A stretch of DNA of 63,902 nt, filler included, from Octopus bimaculoides (GCF_001194135.2; 5 parts of 4 records of this genome joined end to end with filler, not necessarily neighbours in it); one strand, 5' to 3'. Counted from the first letter of the whole stretch, positions 12,466 through 26,455 are shown. Translations and numbers: made by a program. Notes: generated from the letters alone by a model not told the origin.

Positions 12466-13267
12466 AGGAAGCATTCAGCAAAGAAGAAATTAAATTCTTG
12501 GATTCAAGATAAAGCCAATAATATATATATTATATATAAGAATTTTAGTAAATGAAGATGGAATGAACAGACCTTATTACAAAACACTACAATTGTTTCA
12601 GTGCATCAGTATCACTTGTAATTACTGAAAGTTACATTTATTATACACATTATTACATTAATTTGATTCAGCAATAGCTATGCGCCAAAACAATTGTAGT
12701 GGTTTGTAACAAAGCCTGTTCATTCCATCTTCTCATATTAAAACTTTTATACTATAAACTCAACATGTATATCTAGTAAAAGGAGAAATCCTACTGAATG
12801 GTAACATCTGGTAGCTGATACTCAAAGAGGAGCTATGGAAAGCACGCTACAAAGTTATTACCCAGATAATATTAAATTATGTATGTGTGTGAAAGCTTGT
12901 GGCTTAGTGGTTAGTGCTGCACTCATGATCGCTAGTTTCAGGACCAGGGGAAACATTATGTTCTTGAGCAAAACACCTCATTTCGAATTGTATTGTTGGT
13001 GGATGAGTGGCAGAAGCATTGGTGTATCGACCGAAATGTTTTACGGTATATCTTCCAGCTCTCTACATTCTGAGTTCAGATCCCACCTACCTGGAAAAGG
13101 CAATGGGAAACCACTCAAGTCTAGTTGTGTGTGGCAAGGTTCCACTTAACTACTTAACAGCAGCAGGGGAGGGTACAGGCCCTCCCAGATCATACAGAGT
13201 GCCAGAAAAGGAGAGTATGCGTTGGACCTGCCGTATGGCAGAAATTCACTAGACTGCATATACATAC

Positions 13268-13308
<41 letters not shown>

Positions 13309-13408
13309 NNNNNNNNNNNNNNNNNNNNNNNNNNNNNNNNNNNNNNNNNNNNTTAATTAATTAANNNNNNNNNNNNNNNNNNNNNNNNNNNNNNNNNNNN
13401 NNNNNNNN
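13309..13408. other. Synthetic assembly spacer N44-TTAATTAATTAA-N44
   Basis: Exact 44+12+44 structure, repeated at 44520-44619, 57759-57858 and 62606-62705. Confidence 0.95.
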
Positions 13409-13452
<44 letters not shown>

Positions 13453-13636
13453 GTCAAGAAAACATTCATTTGTAAAGAAAATTTCGTGGATCAATCGCTC
13501 AAACATGTTTCGCTCAGGCACTTAGTCGTCGAAAACCAAAGCCATATCTATTCAGTTGGTACATACACGTTCGAGATCTTGAAGGACTTCATTTAGAGTA
13601 TGGCTGAGAAGTAGACCAAATAACATTGTGATAATA

Positions 13637-13858
13637 ATCTTTTCTGCTCTAGGCACAAGGTCTAAAAGTTTAGGGGAGGAGACCTGTCGATTCGATTTGA
13701 TCGACTCCAGTATGCAACTGGTACTTAATTCATCGATCCCGGAAGGATGAAAGGCAAAGCCGACTTCGGCTGGATTAGAACTCAGAACGTAAAGACAGAC
13801 GAAATACTACTAAGCATTTCGCCCGGCGTGCTAACGTTTCTGCCGGCTCACTGCCTTA
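13637..13858 (-). mobile_element. tRNA-derived SINE family A, near full length
   Basis: Reverse complement of the consensus TAAGGCGGCGAGCTGGCAGAA...GTTCTGAGTTCAAATTCCGCCGAGGTCGAC...AAGTACCAG...GGCCTTGTGCC. Confidence 0.9.
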
Positions 13859-14317
13859 GTACTTATGCACTATTGTACAAATGATAGCTTTTCTTTTGTC
13901 TAGTATAGAGAGACAACAGAGTAACGCCGTTAGTAGGAGCGATTGAGAACATGAAAGAGAAGAGTAAAGTATAATATCTGAATAAATCAGAGTTCACTAA
14001 GCTAAGAGAAGTTAATATAAATCAAAGAAAGCACTTATAAATAAAGCAGGAGAAAATGAACAAGTAAAAGAAAGTAACAATTGAGAAATGAACACGAAAA
14101 GGTGAAAAGCTGAGGCAATGTGAAAGGGTTAGATTTTAATAGATTACATGCACTGTTAGGAAACCCCTAAAGTAGAAGCTTTGGGGCAATGCAGAAATAT
14201 CCAAAACAACAACAACAAAAAATTATTTTCCTTTTTTTTTATTCTAAATTTCAAAAAAATCTTCCAAAATTCTCTTTTGGGATAATATAGAAATTACCAA
14301 AGTCTGACGGTTTTAAG

Positions 14318-14365
14318 ATCGATCGATCGATAGTTAGATAGATAGATAGACAGACAGACAGATAA

Positions 14366-14426
<61 letters not shown>

Positions 14427-14571
14427 CAGACAGACGGTGAGGCAGATAGATAGATAGACAGACAGTGAAATAGATAAATAGATAGACAGACAGACAGATA
14501 GATAGATGAGTAGATAGATGGATAGATAGACGGATAGATAGATGGATAGATAGATGGACGGATAGATAGAC

Positions 14572-14644
<73 letters not shown>

Positions 14645-14645
14645 T
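14318..14645. repeat. (GATA)n/(GACA)n compound microsatellite
   Basis: Direct reading. Confidence 0.97.
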
Positions 14646-14808
14646 GACCCACTAGTCGTGTTGGGTCTGCGTATAGCCTTGTTGCTAGTTCTTCGGTTAA
14701 GTATAACCTAACTAAACATACGTTAAGTTACCAGCACATCAGTACATTATCTGCAGAAAGTCATGCTTCAGCAATTTTTCAAAGTTTTTTTTTATAACTG
14801 GTTTGAAC

Positions 14809-15052
14809 CTGTGGTTCTGAAACCATTTAAAAAAATCTATGGACCCCTTTCATTCCTATTTTACTCGGGTAGCTCCTCATAGCCATCCGATGTTTAAAAA
14901 AATACTATTATATTTCTATAATTAAATATTATTAAGAATTATATAAAAATTACCAACATATTTTGCATTTAGTAGTAGTCTAATCAAATTATTACTCAAA
15001 ATTTCTAACAAAATCTCCAAGGGTCATGTGAACCCCGATTGAGAACCAAATG
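14809..15052. mobile_element. hAT-like MITE
   Basis: Decayed TIRs CTGTGGTTCTGAAACC and GATTGAGAACCAAATG (hAT-type CAGTGGTTCTCAACC). 8-bp flanks GTTTGAAC and TTTTAAAC match at 6/8. Confidence 0.55.
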
Positions 15053-15064
15053 TTTTAAACTAAG

Positions 15065-15285
15065 GTAATAGCGGCATCATTGAATTCATCTAGGATGGTC
15101 TCCTAGGAGCTGAACAAGATACCGTGGAACATACTGATAATCTCAAGGCTTACTGCTTACTAAAGCAATCTGCCCTATGACATTCTTGATATCTTCGTAT
15201 GATGGTTGGTATGTCAAGTTCATCAGATGATGGTTGAAATGAGAGCTGCTCCAAAACAGCTGGGTCAACAGTGGAAGATAAAGTG
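15065..15285 (-). mobile_element. RTE LINE fragment, region upstream of the RT core
   Basis: Minus-strand translation STVDPAVLEQLSFQPSSDELDIP / PSYEDIKNVIGQIA / KAVS resembles the pre-RT 'EEV..AI..L..GKA.G.D' motif; frameshifted. Confidence 0.5.
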
Positions 15286-17974
15286 TTGTGTAGCTACAGA
15301 TCAGCTCTGATCGAGCAAAACATCTAGGTGCGGCACAGATTCATAGCTCTAGATATATACAATACTTCCGCCAGGTTGTTTTGACATGTGGTTAATTGTA
15401 TATAATGCCTTGCTACAATCTGGGTATATCGTACTTTCACGACTAACAAATTTGTTGATGTGTGCCTGTCGTTGTTGTTGCTTAGTGCCAAGTCAGCCTT
15501 GACTTAATAAGATCAAAGCCGTTCCAGTAAAAAAAAAAAAAAAGAGAAAGAAACAGGGTATGATTTGAGAGAAAATTGGCATCTAACAGGCTCATTAAAT
15601 ACGTAGACTTAGAGTCTCCATCGTTGGCTCATCATCTTTTTGCCTGCTGATGTTGCTTAAGCCAAGATCAGATCAGATCAACTACACTTACGACCGAATG
15701 ACATTCTTACTGTGACCATCTAATCGATAGCTAGAAGATTTGAAGGATGTTTGGCTGCTATTTCTAGATTTTGTTTGATTGAGGCTATAAGAAGAATGAG
15801 TAAGGTTGAATTTCTATGCATTTCTTATTGATTGCGTGCATCTCATCATTGTGTCTGAATAGAGGTTAATGAGGCTATTCACGCTGGGGTTATTTCTGTG
15901 TGATTTGCAGATCAATACAATACCGGACCAGATTCATCGTAGTATTTAGCGTTGACCCGCAACGTCCAGGGTTCAACGTCTATACTTCTCAAATTTGCCT
16001 TGCGTCTCTCCGAAAGCGATTAACATTAAAACCTATAATGCACCAGTCATTTACTGGTGTCAATTTAAGCACTTACACTGACTTCTTAGAAACTTGTGCA
16101 CTTTTGTGAAATGAAGCTTAGTAATGCAAGAAATTATTGTAGTATATTTGTATATGCTGCCCTGGAATTCTATGCCAAAATTCTGGGAGCCAGATGGAGA
16201 TCAAAAGTGTCTTAACTGCTCTCGAGGGAGTGCGACGTATCCATTACGAATGAGAAGGTTTCTTTCTTCTTAATTATCTCAAACACCCCTAATATATGTA
16301 TGCTGGTTGGTATCTGTCTGCGTGAGTGAGATTATGAGCATGTGCATATGCATGTGTGTGCGTGTGTATGTATTATTTGTATTTGTTGGTATGTGCGAGT
16401 GAGTGAATGAGTGAATGAGTGAGTATGTGTGTATGTGTGTATGTGGGTATGTGTATGTGCGTGTTTGAAACATATTATGGCTTTCAGATATTAATACTCT
16501 TCGATGTTATTTTATATTTTTATTTTTAGAAAATGTCCTTATTCTCAGCTGAAATTCTTGGTTCAGGCATATCTTCGCTGTCATCCAGCTCTACTAGGAT
16601 CTAACTCTATTATATCATGACTCTGTTATGATATAACTCTGTAATTCAATTATATGACGTGTTTGTAGTCTACTTCTAATATAGTCGAACCGTACTTTGA
16701 TTGAAGTCTGACTCACAATTTCTCAATGGTCCACTATTAACATTATGATACAAGCCATGGTAGATTTTTATGATGTTTACCGAGGTTAGAATCATTCTCT
16801 ACTTTACCAATGTAACAGATTGACGAGACGAAGAAGCCTGTATATGATCACTCAGCCAGCTGGAATAACAACCAAATCTTCTTCAAATTAGACACCGTCG
16901 CCTTTAAAACGTACATGTTGAATAATGTAGTTCTGGATCCTTAGAGACAAGAAAAAGACAAAATGGTCATCGCTGGAAAAACCTTTTGAGTGAAAGTTTG
17001 ATTGATCATAATATAAAACTAAACAACAACAACAACAACAACAACAGCAGCAGCAGCAGCAGCCGGTCTGGCGGTAATGAAGACAGCCAAATAGTTATGT
17101 CTTCATGAAGTCAATGATTTATCGTGTTTTTTTTTCTCTTTTGATTGGTGCACGCTGTGCGTTTGTAGTTGAAACACGTCTAACAAGAATGAAGGTGTTT
17201 TAACTTGCACTCGGTATATAATAGTTTCAAATTTTGGTTCAAAGGCAGCAATTTTAGAGGATGAGCTAAGTGGATATCATCGACCCCAGTGACCAACTGG
17301 TACTTATCTTATCGACCCCGAAAGGATGTGGCCCCTATCTGGTTTAAGCCCTCGTGATTAGATGGGGTTAGAAGGAAATCCTAGTAATAGTTGTTACTGT
17401 TGCTGTGAATGATTCTCTTTGCCTCTGCCGGTTGGGGCCGAGAGAAGGGTTCCTTCTCGGTAGAAAACGCTTAAATGTTTCTTACTGTCGCATTATCCGC
17501 TTCTGGTACAAAAGATGTAGCGATTTAGTATAGCTTCGACTTGACCTGCCCTTGTTGTTGCCGCTTCTGCAGCTCTTCGGTGAGTTCTCTTTTTTTCCGC
17601 TTTTCTTGTTCATTGCTGGGTCTTCTGCTGAAAGTATAACAGCTAGTGTTTCTGCCCTATACCATCCATCTTGATATTATTGTTATTGTGCCAAAACCAA
17701 AGAACAGTAACAAAATGGCCTTTGGTCTTGAGGTGTTGTAACAATTTGCAAAGTCATTCTGACCTCTCTCATTTCATATCACTATTCATCACCTCCAAAC
17801 TAACCATCCGCCCACATCACGCTACTAAGGTGACAATGAGCCACAGTTCACGTTGCTGCTAATGTCAATGACTGCTATCTTGGTTGTGTACATTACACCC
17901 AAGATAGCAGTATGCCGCCTTAAATAATAATGATAATAATAATAATAATTATTATTATTATTATGTTGGATCCT

Positions 17975-18290
17975 CAGTATTACACACTATCCAAAAAATA
18001 GCCCTGCTAGGAATAGCCCACATCCTATGCAAGACACTATCAATTCAATAATATAACCTAAACAAAACAACGCACAAGCACAAGACACGATCTAAACAGC
18101 AATTATCCAGTGAAATAAACTACCACCAGCAAGCTAGATAACCAACGCAATACGCAACATACAAGCAGTAATACACCTCAAGAGAAAAACAATACAATAC
18201 CGGAAAGAGTTTGTGCGCTCCCAACAACAGAAAAAAACACACAATGCTGCACCCCACCTAGCAACATGGAGGTGTAGCAAGTGATACAGT
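17975..18290 (+). mobile_element. 3' end of R4/Dong-like RLE LINE
   Basis: HTIQKIALLGIAHILCKTLSIQ* plus a 3' UTR; same terminus type as 50422-50600; preceded by an (AAT)n tract. Confidence 0.7.
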
Positions 18291-18581
18291 AGAAATTTGC
18301 CTCAAACTACCAAATCTTGAACAATTATATAATAATTATTTCAAATTTTTGTCACAAGGGCAACTTGGGGAGGGGGATAAGTCGATTACATCGACCCCAG
18401 TGCATAACTAATACTTGTTTAATCGACCCCGAAAGGATAAAAAGATGAAAGGGTTCGAAGTAAGAGGATAAGAATTACAGGATTTTATGGAACTTCTCTG
18501 TAAAGGCTGACGATACTTTTGAAGCAAAGAGTCAGATATAATTATAAAGAACAAATGAAACAACCAGTGTAAAATCATAGA

Positions 18582-18728
18582 TTCTGAGTTCAAATTCCGC
18601 CGAGGTCGATTTTGCCTTTCATCCTTTCGGGGTCGATAAATTAAGTACCAGTTGCATAGTGGGGTCGATCTAATCGACTGACCCCCTCCCCCAAAATCTC
18701 GGCCTTGTACATAGAGTAGAAAAGAATA
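18582..18728 (+). mobile_element. SINE family A, 5'-truncated copy
   Basis: From the B-box region through the AGAAAAGAAT tail; directly upstream of a full copy. Confidence 0.9.
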
Positions 18729-18740
18729 TAGAGAAAAGTT

Positions 18741-18959
18741 TAAGGTGGCGAGCTGGCAGAAACGTTAGCATGCCGGACGAAATGCTTAGCGGTATTTCGT
18801 CTGTCTTTACGTTCTGAGTTCAAATTCCGCCGAGGTCGACTTTGCCTTTCATCCTTTCGGGGGTCGATATGTTAAGTACCAGTTGCGTACTGAGGTCGAT
18901 CTAATCGACTGACCCCCTCCCTCAAAATTTCGGGCCTTGTGCCAAGAATAGAAAAGAAT
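18741..18959 (+). mobile_element. SINE family A, full length
   Basis: Pol III A-box-like TGGCAGAAACG and B-box GAGTTCAAATTCC; tail AGAAAAGAAT. Further diverged copies at about 17236, 18340, 22335, 32965, 34258, 35460, 39735, 43670 and 54040. Confidence 0.92.
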
Positions 18960-18984
18960 ATCATATACTTTATAACTGAGTGGA

Positions 18985-19270
18985 TACGAAAGACATTGAA
19001 ACAGTTTAAAAATATCAGGACCTGGCCAAACAGTTGAAGGGATTGTAGAAGACAACCATTATTCTTGTAGTAATTGGTGCACTTAGCATAATACCCAAAC
19101 TGCTACCTATGAGGCTGAGGTATATTGAAATTGGAACTCGTGCAGACAAGTGCAATCCTGTATTTAGCAAGAATCTTCAGAAAGATTTTTGAGATTAGAG
19201 ATTTGTTGTCACGAAACCTCAAGACAATATCCCTGATAATATAGCATGTTATAGTTATGATATTAATAAT
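18985..19270 (+). mobile_element. Decayed R4/Dong-like RLE LINE C-terminus
   Basis: KYQDLAKQLKGL*KTTIILVVIGALSIIPK...ARIFRKIFEI. Confidence 0.65.
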
Positions 19271-19462
19271 AATGTTTTCTAGATTTCACATTTAAGCACA
19301 ATGCCATTCATAAGGTGCGTTTCGGGGTCTGGATACAGTCGGACGCCATAGGCTATCTAATAATTGTCTGGTTGCTACATCATCGACACTGTAAGAACGA
19401 AAGCCAAATTCAGGCCCAAGTCCGGCGGGATTTCGAAATCAGAAACAACACAGCAAGGTAAT

Positions 19463-19523
<61 letters not shown>
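19463..19523. repeat. (CTA)n microsatellite
   Basis: Direct reading. Confidence 0.97.
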
Positions 19524-19756
19524 GCAGCTGGTCTGTTATTATCTGTTTATATGCCTTTAATATTATTATGTTTATATGCCTTTAATATTACATAAATATA
19601 CTTATCACTTCGACGCCGGGTAGCCTTTACAACACGGGGTCAGCAGCAAATATTTACAAATACTATATATTATGTGTTTATAACTATACATAGCTATACA
19701 CGTGTTTGTCACACATACACGCACATATGTATGTGTATGCATGCGCATATGTATAC

Positions 19757-19787
<31 letters not shown>

Positions 19788-20507
19788 CACATATACCTCC
19801 GCAATCTTCAGCACGCTAAAGCAACATATGGAGAATGCATGATAACGTTTCCTAGGGTACAGTTCCGTTCTTTAGCTATACTTCTGACAACAATCAAGCA
19901 AATATAAAGTACAAAATATATATATATAAAATTACACACGCAAATGCAGAGAGAGAGAGAGAGAGAGGGGGGGGGAAATAGGGACAGAGAATGAGAAAGA
20001 AAGAAGGACCGAAAGAAAGAAAGAGAATAAGTGAGAAGGTGAAAAATTTGCTACTTTAGAGCTGAAAATTTGAAGATAACATGTCTGGGGCAAATTACCC
20101 ACGGACACCATCCGTATGGAAAAGAAAATGTTAAGTCAATGCTACAACACTCGCGACAAGAAACTGCTTCCATTAATCAGGATTCCCGGTTCCCTGCAGT
20201 GAGGAAAACNNNNNNNNNNNNNNNNNNNNNNNNNNNNNNNNNNNNNNNNNNNNNNNNNNNNNNNNNNNNNNNNNNNNNNNNNNNNNNNNNNNNNNNNNNN
20301 NNNNNNNNNNNNNNNNNNNNNNNNNNNNNNNNNNNNNNNNNNNNNNNNNNNNNNNNNNNNNNNNNNNNNNNNNNNNNNNNNNNNNNNNNNNNNNNNNNNN
20401 NNNNNNNNNNNNNNNNNNNNNNNNNNNNNNNNNNNNNNNNNNNNNNNNNNNNNNNNNNNNNNNNNNNNNNNNNNNNNNNNNNNNNNNNNNNNNNNNNNNN
20501 NNNNNNN

Positions 20508-20847
20508 ACTCGCGGTCATAGGATCGCGGTTTCGATTCCCAGACCGGGCGTTGTGAATGTTTATTGAGCGAAAACACCTAAAGCTCCACGAGGCTCTGGC
20601 AAGGGATGTTGGCGAACCCTGCTGTACTCTTCCACCATAACTTTCTCTCACACTTACTTCCTATTTCTGTTGTGCCTGTAATTCAAAGGGTCAGCCGTGT
20701 CACGCTGAATATCCCCGAGAACTACGTTAAGGGTACACGTGTCAGTGGAGTATACAGCATCTTGCACGTTAATTTCACGAGCAGGCTGTTCCGTTGATCG
20801 GATCAACTGGAACCCTCGACGTCGTAAGCGACGGAGTGCCATCAACA
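20508..20847 (+). mobile_element. tRNA-derived SINE family B (head cut by a gap)
   Basis: B-box GGTTTCGATTCC, body GAGCGAAAACACCTAAAGCTCCACGAGG, tail GGATCAACTGGAACCCTCG...GACGGAGTGCC. Confidence 0.88.
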
Positions 20848-21169
20848 AATTATAATTCTAAGAGTTATCGGAATCATCACCCTTCTATGACTTTACCAGA
20901 TTTAAGCATTAATGTATTGGTGTCTTCTCTACGCGCTGCTTTAATTACAATAATCGTATACCAGCACTAACTCTCGATCTATTTTATCTCTGAAGTTCTT
21001 ATATTCTTAATAATATTCACCGTACTGGACTAGATTTTACTGAGGTGCTATTCACAAATCTAGAAGTAAAATATTTGAAGATATTCGAATGAGAAAAAAA
21101 AATCGATCGAAAGGTTTAGATATGAGATTATTGAAAAAGATTTCCTTTCAAAAGGTGACGCTAACTTAT

Positions 21170-21368
21170 AATTTCTAATTTGGGCACAAGGCCAGCAGTT
21201 TTTTGGGAAGAGGTTAGTGGATAGCATCAACCTCAGTACTTGATAAGTACATTTTTTATCAGCTTCTTGAGAATGAATGACAAAGTTGACCTCGGCAGGA
21301 TTTGAACATAAAGAGCTGGTACAAATACCAGAAAACAATTTTCTTCGACGCTTAAACGATTCTGTCAA
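21170..21368 (-). mobile_element. SINE family A, diverged
   Basis: GGGCACAAGGCCAGCAG...AAAGTTGACCTCGGCAGGATTTGAAC. Confidence 0.8.
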
Positions 21369-23439
21369 ACTTTAAGCGATACTCTTATTTCTAATCCTAT
21401 TATCTAAGATCTCTATCAAGCTTTGTTAGCGCTACTTATTGCTCTTTATCCTGTGATCAGTGGGGATTTAAGAAATATATGAGCTACAAACATATGAGCG
21501 TTTAAACTACTTAATGCTATCCACAGATCGATTGTTTCAAATATACTGCGTCTCCTTTCAACTCATTCAACCGTTTCCAATCTGATATTGGACGAAACTT
21601 TACTGTGACACTGATGGTTTTTCTACACAAGTTGTTGTCCTACAAGTCTATGCTAGTCAAGAATGTATAGGAGGGAACCTCAACGTGGTCACTCGATTTG
21701 GTAGAAATAACAACCCAAGCTTCCATGAATTACATCACATCACCTTATAAAAAAGAACGAAGGATACACTGGAAAATGCAGACACAAACACGAAAAAATG
21801 TGAAATGTTCACGGTTGAAACGTCTTTAATGACAGGTCTCTCCGATAAGTAATTGCAACTGTAACAATGATAAATAAAACAGAATCCAAGTAGACTGCTA
21901 GTTGTCTGTGTCGACAAGACTTGCGTTATGTGGAAAATTGACGGAAAAATTAGAGTGAAAGTGACGTGAGTATCGAAATATCCAACGCTGCAGACAGACA
22001 TCTTCTTCGGGGTAAAGATGAAAGAAGAGAAAATAAAGACAGACGGTAGAGATTAACATTCCATATGAAGTTCACGTTGTTTTGCTGTCCCCATCAGTTT
22101 CAGCCAGTTTTTCAAACGTAGAGAATATGAAATTACTGTGTTGTATTTCCATCCTGCCATCTTTACTCTGAAGAAGGACTCTATGCAGAGGAACATAAAC
22201 CCCAATAATCTGACTGGTATCATTTCAGCTAACACCTCAAACTTCTCACACTTCATGTTCCACTTTATGTTGCACTTAAGTGTACAGAAATACACATATT
22301 TGCTTAAATATATACAATAATAATCCATAAACAAGGTAGCGAGCTGGTAGTATCGTTAGCATGTCGGTCAAGAAACTTAGCGGCATATCCTCACGTTCTA
22401 AGTTCAAATCTCGCTGATTATTTTCCTTTCAATCTCAACGATAAAATAAAGTGTCAGTTAAGTACTGGAAACGGTGTTATCAACTTTTCCTCTCTCCTTA
22501 AAATCTCATCCAGTCCAAGGGATAAATGTTGTGATCTTGGTCATATGGAAACCGCATAACCGAAATTATGAGTCCTAAGACTCGGAAAAAAAGAAGAGAT
22601 TTGTAAATCAAGTGAATTAACAAGTCATTCCGTAAAGCGATTGGATAAACTGTAGCACAATTTAATGCTGAGCCAGATTATTTGGTGAACGAATGTCCAT
22701 TAGTTCTTTTCTGTAAGTAAGGGAAATTTGCTGACTTGATCTTTCTAACAGACTTGTAATCATCGATCGATTACAGCAAAAACAGAAAGATAAAAAAAAC
22801 CTCCTGAAAATTCATTTCGCTATTTTTTTCTCCTTAGTATACGAAAAATGATACATAGCCTCTCCTCATTAACCCACATACTTGTTATATAATGTGAACG
22901 ACGGCTCAATATTAAATCGTAATAGAGATTATTTAAAACAATGTTGCACTGATTTTAGTTTTCAAATGAAACCGGGTCAGAACAAAGATGCAAACATCAG
23001 CAATGTCTGAGAGGCAAGTCTTGCAGTTTGTCTGGCATTGCAACTTCGTCTTAAACTCTTTTCGTTTTTTTTTCTTTCCTCCTCTTTTTTTTCCTGATTC
23101 TTCTTCTTGTTTTTACTCCTTCTCTTTCTCTTCCACCCTGCTTGTTTTCGTTTCTCGTTCCTTTGGGTGAGGTTTCTTATTTTTAGTTTGTCTGCAACAT
23201 GCAATTGTGGAATGCCGTGCTTGTGCAGCTGAGATCACCTTATTCATTCATTGCGCTGATTTATCGAATTTTTGAATTCGTCATGATTTATGACCGTTGT
23301 CGTCAAGTAAAACCGCCGCCACCTGCACCACTGCACCCCTGCGCCACTGCTAACATCAGCAATACTCCTACTGCTTTTTATTGCAAACACTTGACATCTT
23401 CCAACACCAACACTTGCTACCATCATGCATATTTACAGC

Positions 23440-23822
23440 TTCTTAACCACCCCAACCACGACCACGACCACGACCACCACCACCACCGACCTCCCATATC
23501 CATTACAGCCATCTTTAATTCACCACTACCACCACCACCACCACTGCTTCAATCATCACCAACACCAACCACCCGTCACTACCGACAACAACAACAACAA
23601 CAACAACAGCAACAACAACGACGACGACGACAACAATCTCATCAACATTCTTCTCACCACCCCCACAACCACCAATACCAACATCATCAGATGTTATTAC
23701 TGCTACCGTTGCTGCAACTACTGGTGCCGCCGCAACAACAACAACAACTAAAACTACTACTAGTACTGCTACTACTACTACTACTACTCCTTCTACTACT
23801 ACAACTACTACTACTACTACCA

Positions 23823-23880
<58 letters not shown>
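23440..23880. repeat. Compound trinucleotide low-complexity tract (CAC/CAA/CTA)n
   Basis: Direct reading; explains the poly-Q/H/L/T/V ORFs in the track. Confidence 0.95.
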
Positions 23881-24333
23881 AAGCGAAAAACACGGCCACT
23901 TCAAAGATTAACCGCTTCAAACATTTGTCACAAACCCACGTACACAACCACATTAAATAAAAAAAGTCTGAAAACAAAAGCAAAACAAAAAAAAAACTAC
24001 AAAATAACACCCTACTCTCACCATCCCCACCGTCATCAGCAGCGCCACCTCCACCACTAATAACATCGACAACAGCAGCAATAAAAACGACATCTCCTAC
24101 TGCCACCTCACATCTCTTAGTCCATTACCTCACCTCTAGTCGCCTCATCTGCCACCCACCATCATGTATATACGTGTGTGTATATGCATTCACACATGCA
24201 CATATATACATGTGTATATACAAATACATGCATACGTATACATAAATACAATATATATATATATATATATATACATACATATATATATATATATATGCAA
24301 ACATAGACACACTAGCACAGACACATATATATG

Positions 24334-24372
<39 letters not shown>

Positions 24373-25619
24373 CATTCATATATAAATACATACACAGTCC
24401 TAATCATCTCCACCATCATTTCTACCCAATAACTTCTGACACTATAATACTAGTTCTATCACCTCCACCATCAACACCAACTCCACCCCTCTACCACATT
24501 CATCACACCTACTAATATTTCATTTTTTTTTTTTGCTATATATTTTTCATTTTTTTTTTTTGCTATATTTCTCACTGTGGTCGGCACCATCATAACTATT
24601 ATTAGCATCTGCAATAATAAAAGTTACAGGCTTCAGCAAAAACAATAACATTATTGAGAAAAAAAAAAACAAGATCAAAACCTGCAGCTACAAAAAACAA
24701 TAACAACAAAAAAAAAGTACTAACAACGGTATAAATTTCACTCTATAAGTGGTTTTCTTTTTACCATTGTTCACAAAATTCCATTGATGCTTAGAAAATG
24801 ATATTAAAAATAAGATTTCAATGAAAATTAGCATGGATATCATTAAATTATTAAATAGTTGAGTAATCGTAAATGAGAACAAAGATTTGGCTGAAGAGTT
24901 AAGAACGCTTCACAATCAGCAATGAGATTCTGAGATCGATTCCACGGCGGTGCATCGTGGGGCGAGTGGTATTTTTGCTATTACACTGGGTCGATTCAAC
25001 CCTGGGTAGAGTGAAACTGTTTGGAAGTCAGTTGGGTACATTGCATCTTTGTTTCTTGCTGCATACGTTTGCACATTGATTTTCCCCCGAGACAGACAAA
25101 CTTGAAATCAGATCTGGAGCAGATAGAGCATGTCATTGATGAGGTCGCGGATGGCCACGAAAGAACTTTGACAAACCCAACTGATTGATCGGTTGACTGG
25201 ACGACTGATTAATCGTTTAGTTAATTGGATAAATAGTTAACCAATTGATACGTAACCAATCCTTTCTACTATATGAAATGGAAAGCGACTAACAGAGGGT
25301 ATTCGTTTGGTTACACGTTTCTGGAGAGCTTCCAAAGAATTGATAATCTGGACAAGATAGGGTTCCAGACTAGAGATGCAAGCTGTATGGACGCATCATA
25401 GCCACATACAGCTTTAAATAGACAGCTGTTGAATTGCTGACAAAGGTCATACTGAGTGACGTCAAAATGCTGAAACACCTCCGGCCTTTTTGACAAAATG
25501 CAATTCCCTCGACACAGTTTATTAAAGGGACACATATTTGAGGAATACCTTAACATTTATACTCTAATTCAGTTAGTACCGAGAGACAGCCATTTATTTG
25601 TTGCTATAAATGAAATCTC

Positions 25620-26005
25620 GTATCTTTTACTTGTTTCAGACATTAGACTGCGGCCATGCTGGAGCGCCGCTTTGGCGAATTCTAGTGAAACGAATCGACT
25701 CCAGTACTTATTTTTTTAAAGCCTGGTAGAATACTATCGGTCTCTTTTGCCAAACTGTTAAGTTACGAGGTCGTAAACACACCAACACTGATTGTCAAGC
25801 GGTGGTGGGGAACAAACATAGACACAAATAAACCGCCCCTCCATATTTATATATATTATACAACGGGCTTCTTTCAGTTTCCGTTTACCAAATCCACTCA
25901 CAAGGCTCTGGTCGACCTGAGGCTATAGCAGAAGACACTTGCTCAAAGTGCCACTCAGTAGAACTGAACCTGGAACTATGTGGTTGGAAAGCAAACTTTT
26001 TACCA
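25620..26005 (-). mobile_element. tRNA-derived SINE family C
   Basis: CTTTTACTTGTTTCAG...CTGCGGCCATGCTGGAGC...CAAATCCACTCACAAGGC...GAACCTGGAAC; tRNA-like head at the right end. Confidence 0.85.
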
Positions 26006-26061
26006 CAAATATTTCGTTTTGAATTTGTTTCATCAGATTCTTGGTGTGGTATAATATATTC

Positions 26062-26455
26062 TTTTAATTGTTTCTGCCATTTGACTGCGGCCATGCTGGA
26101 GCACCGCCTTAAAGGGTTTTAGTCGAAGAAATTTGCTCTAGGATTTATTCTTTGTAAACCTGGTACTTATTGTATTGATTCCTTTTGCCGAACCGCTAAG
26201 TTACGGTGACATAAACGCACCAGCATCGGTGGTCAAGCGACAGAGGGGACAAACAGACACACACATAAATATAAATAAATATATATATATATATATATAT
26301 ACATTACGACGGTCTCCTTTCAGTTTCCGTCCACCAAATCCACTCACAAAGTTTTGGTCGGCCTGAGGCCATGGAAGAAGACACTTGCCTAAGGTGCCAC
26401 GCAGTGGGACTGAACCCGGAACCATGCGGTTGGGAAGCAAGCTTCTTATCGCACA
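26062..26455 (-). mobile_element. tRNA-derived SINE family C, tandem second copy
   Basis: Same motifs; minus-strand B-box GGTTCAGTCCC. Confidence 0.88.

Noticed and set aside
15880-16130. Possible Penelope GIY-YIG remnant (FGET motif, minus strand)
   Set aside because: Single weak motif only.
17330-17860. Possible RNase H/LINE remnant on the minus strand (KGHFVTVLWF...)
   Set aside because: Similarity is too short and frameshifted to call.
18741-18830. tRNA-like A/B boxes in SINE heads
   Set aside because: No complete cloverleaf; these are SINE promoters, not tRNA genes.
21800-21830. Hairpin GTGAA/TTCAC followed by GAAACGTC, hammerhead-like
   Set aside because: The CUGANGA core is absent; at most a dead relic.
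22977-23046. Cys-rich peptide CQTNCKTCLSDIADVC (furin-like look) on the minus strand
   Set aside because: No polypyrimidine acceptor on that strand and incomplete Cys spacing; likely chance.
23199-24106. 253-aa and overlapping ORFs with poly-Q/H/P/L/V/S
   Set aside because: Translation of trinucleotide microsatellites, open in several frames; no domain or splice support.
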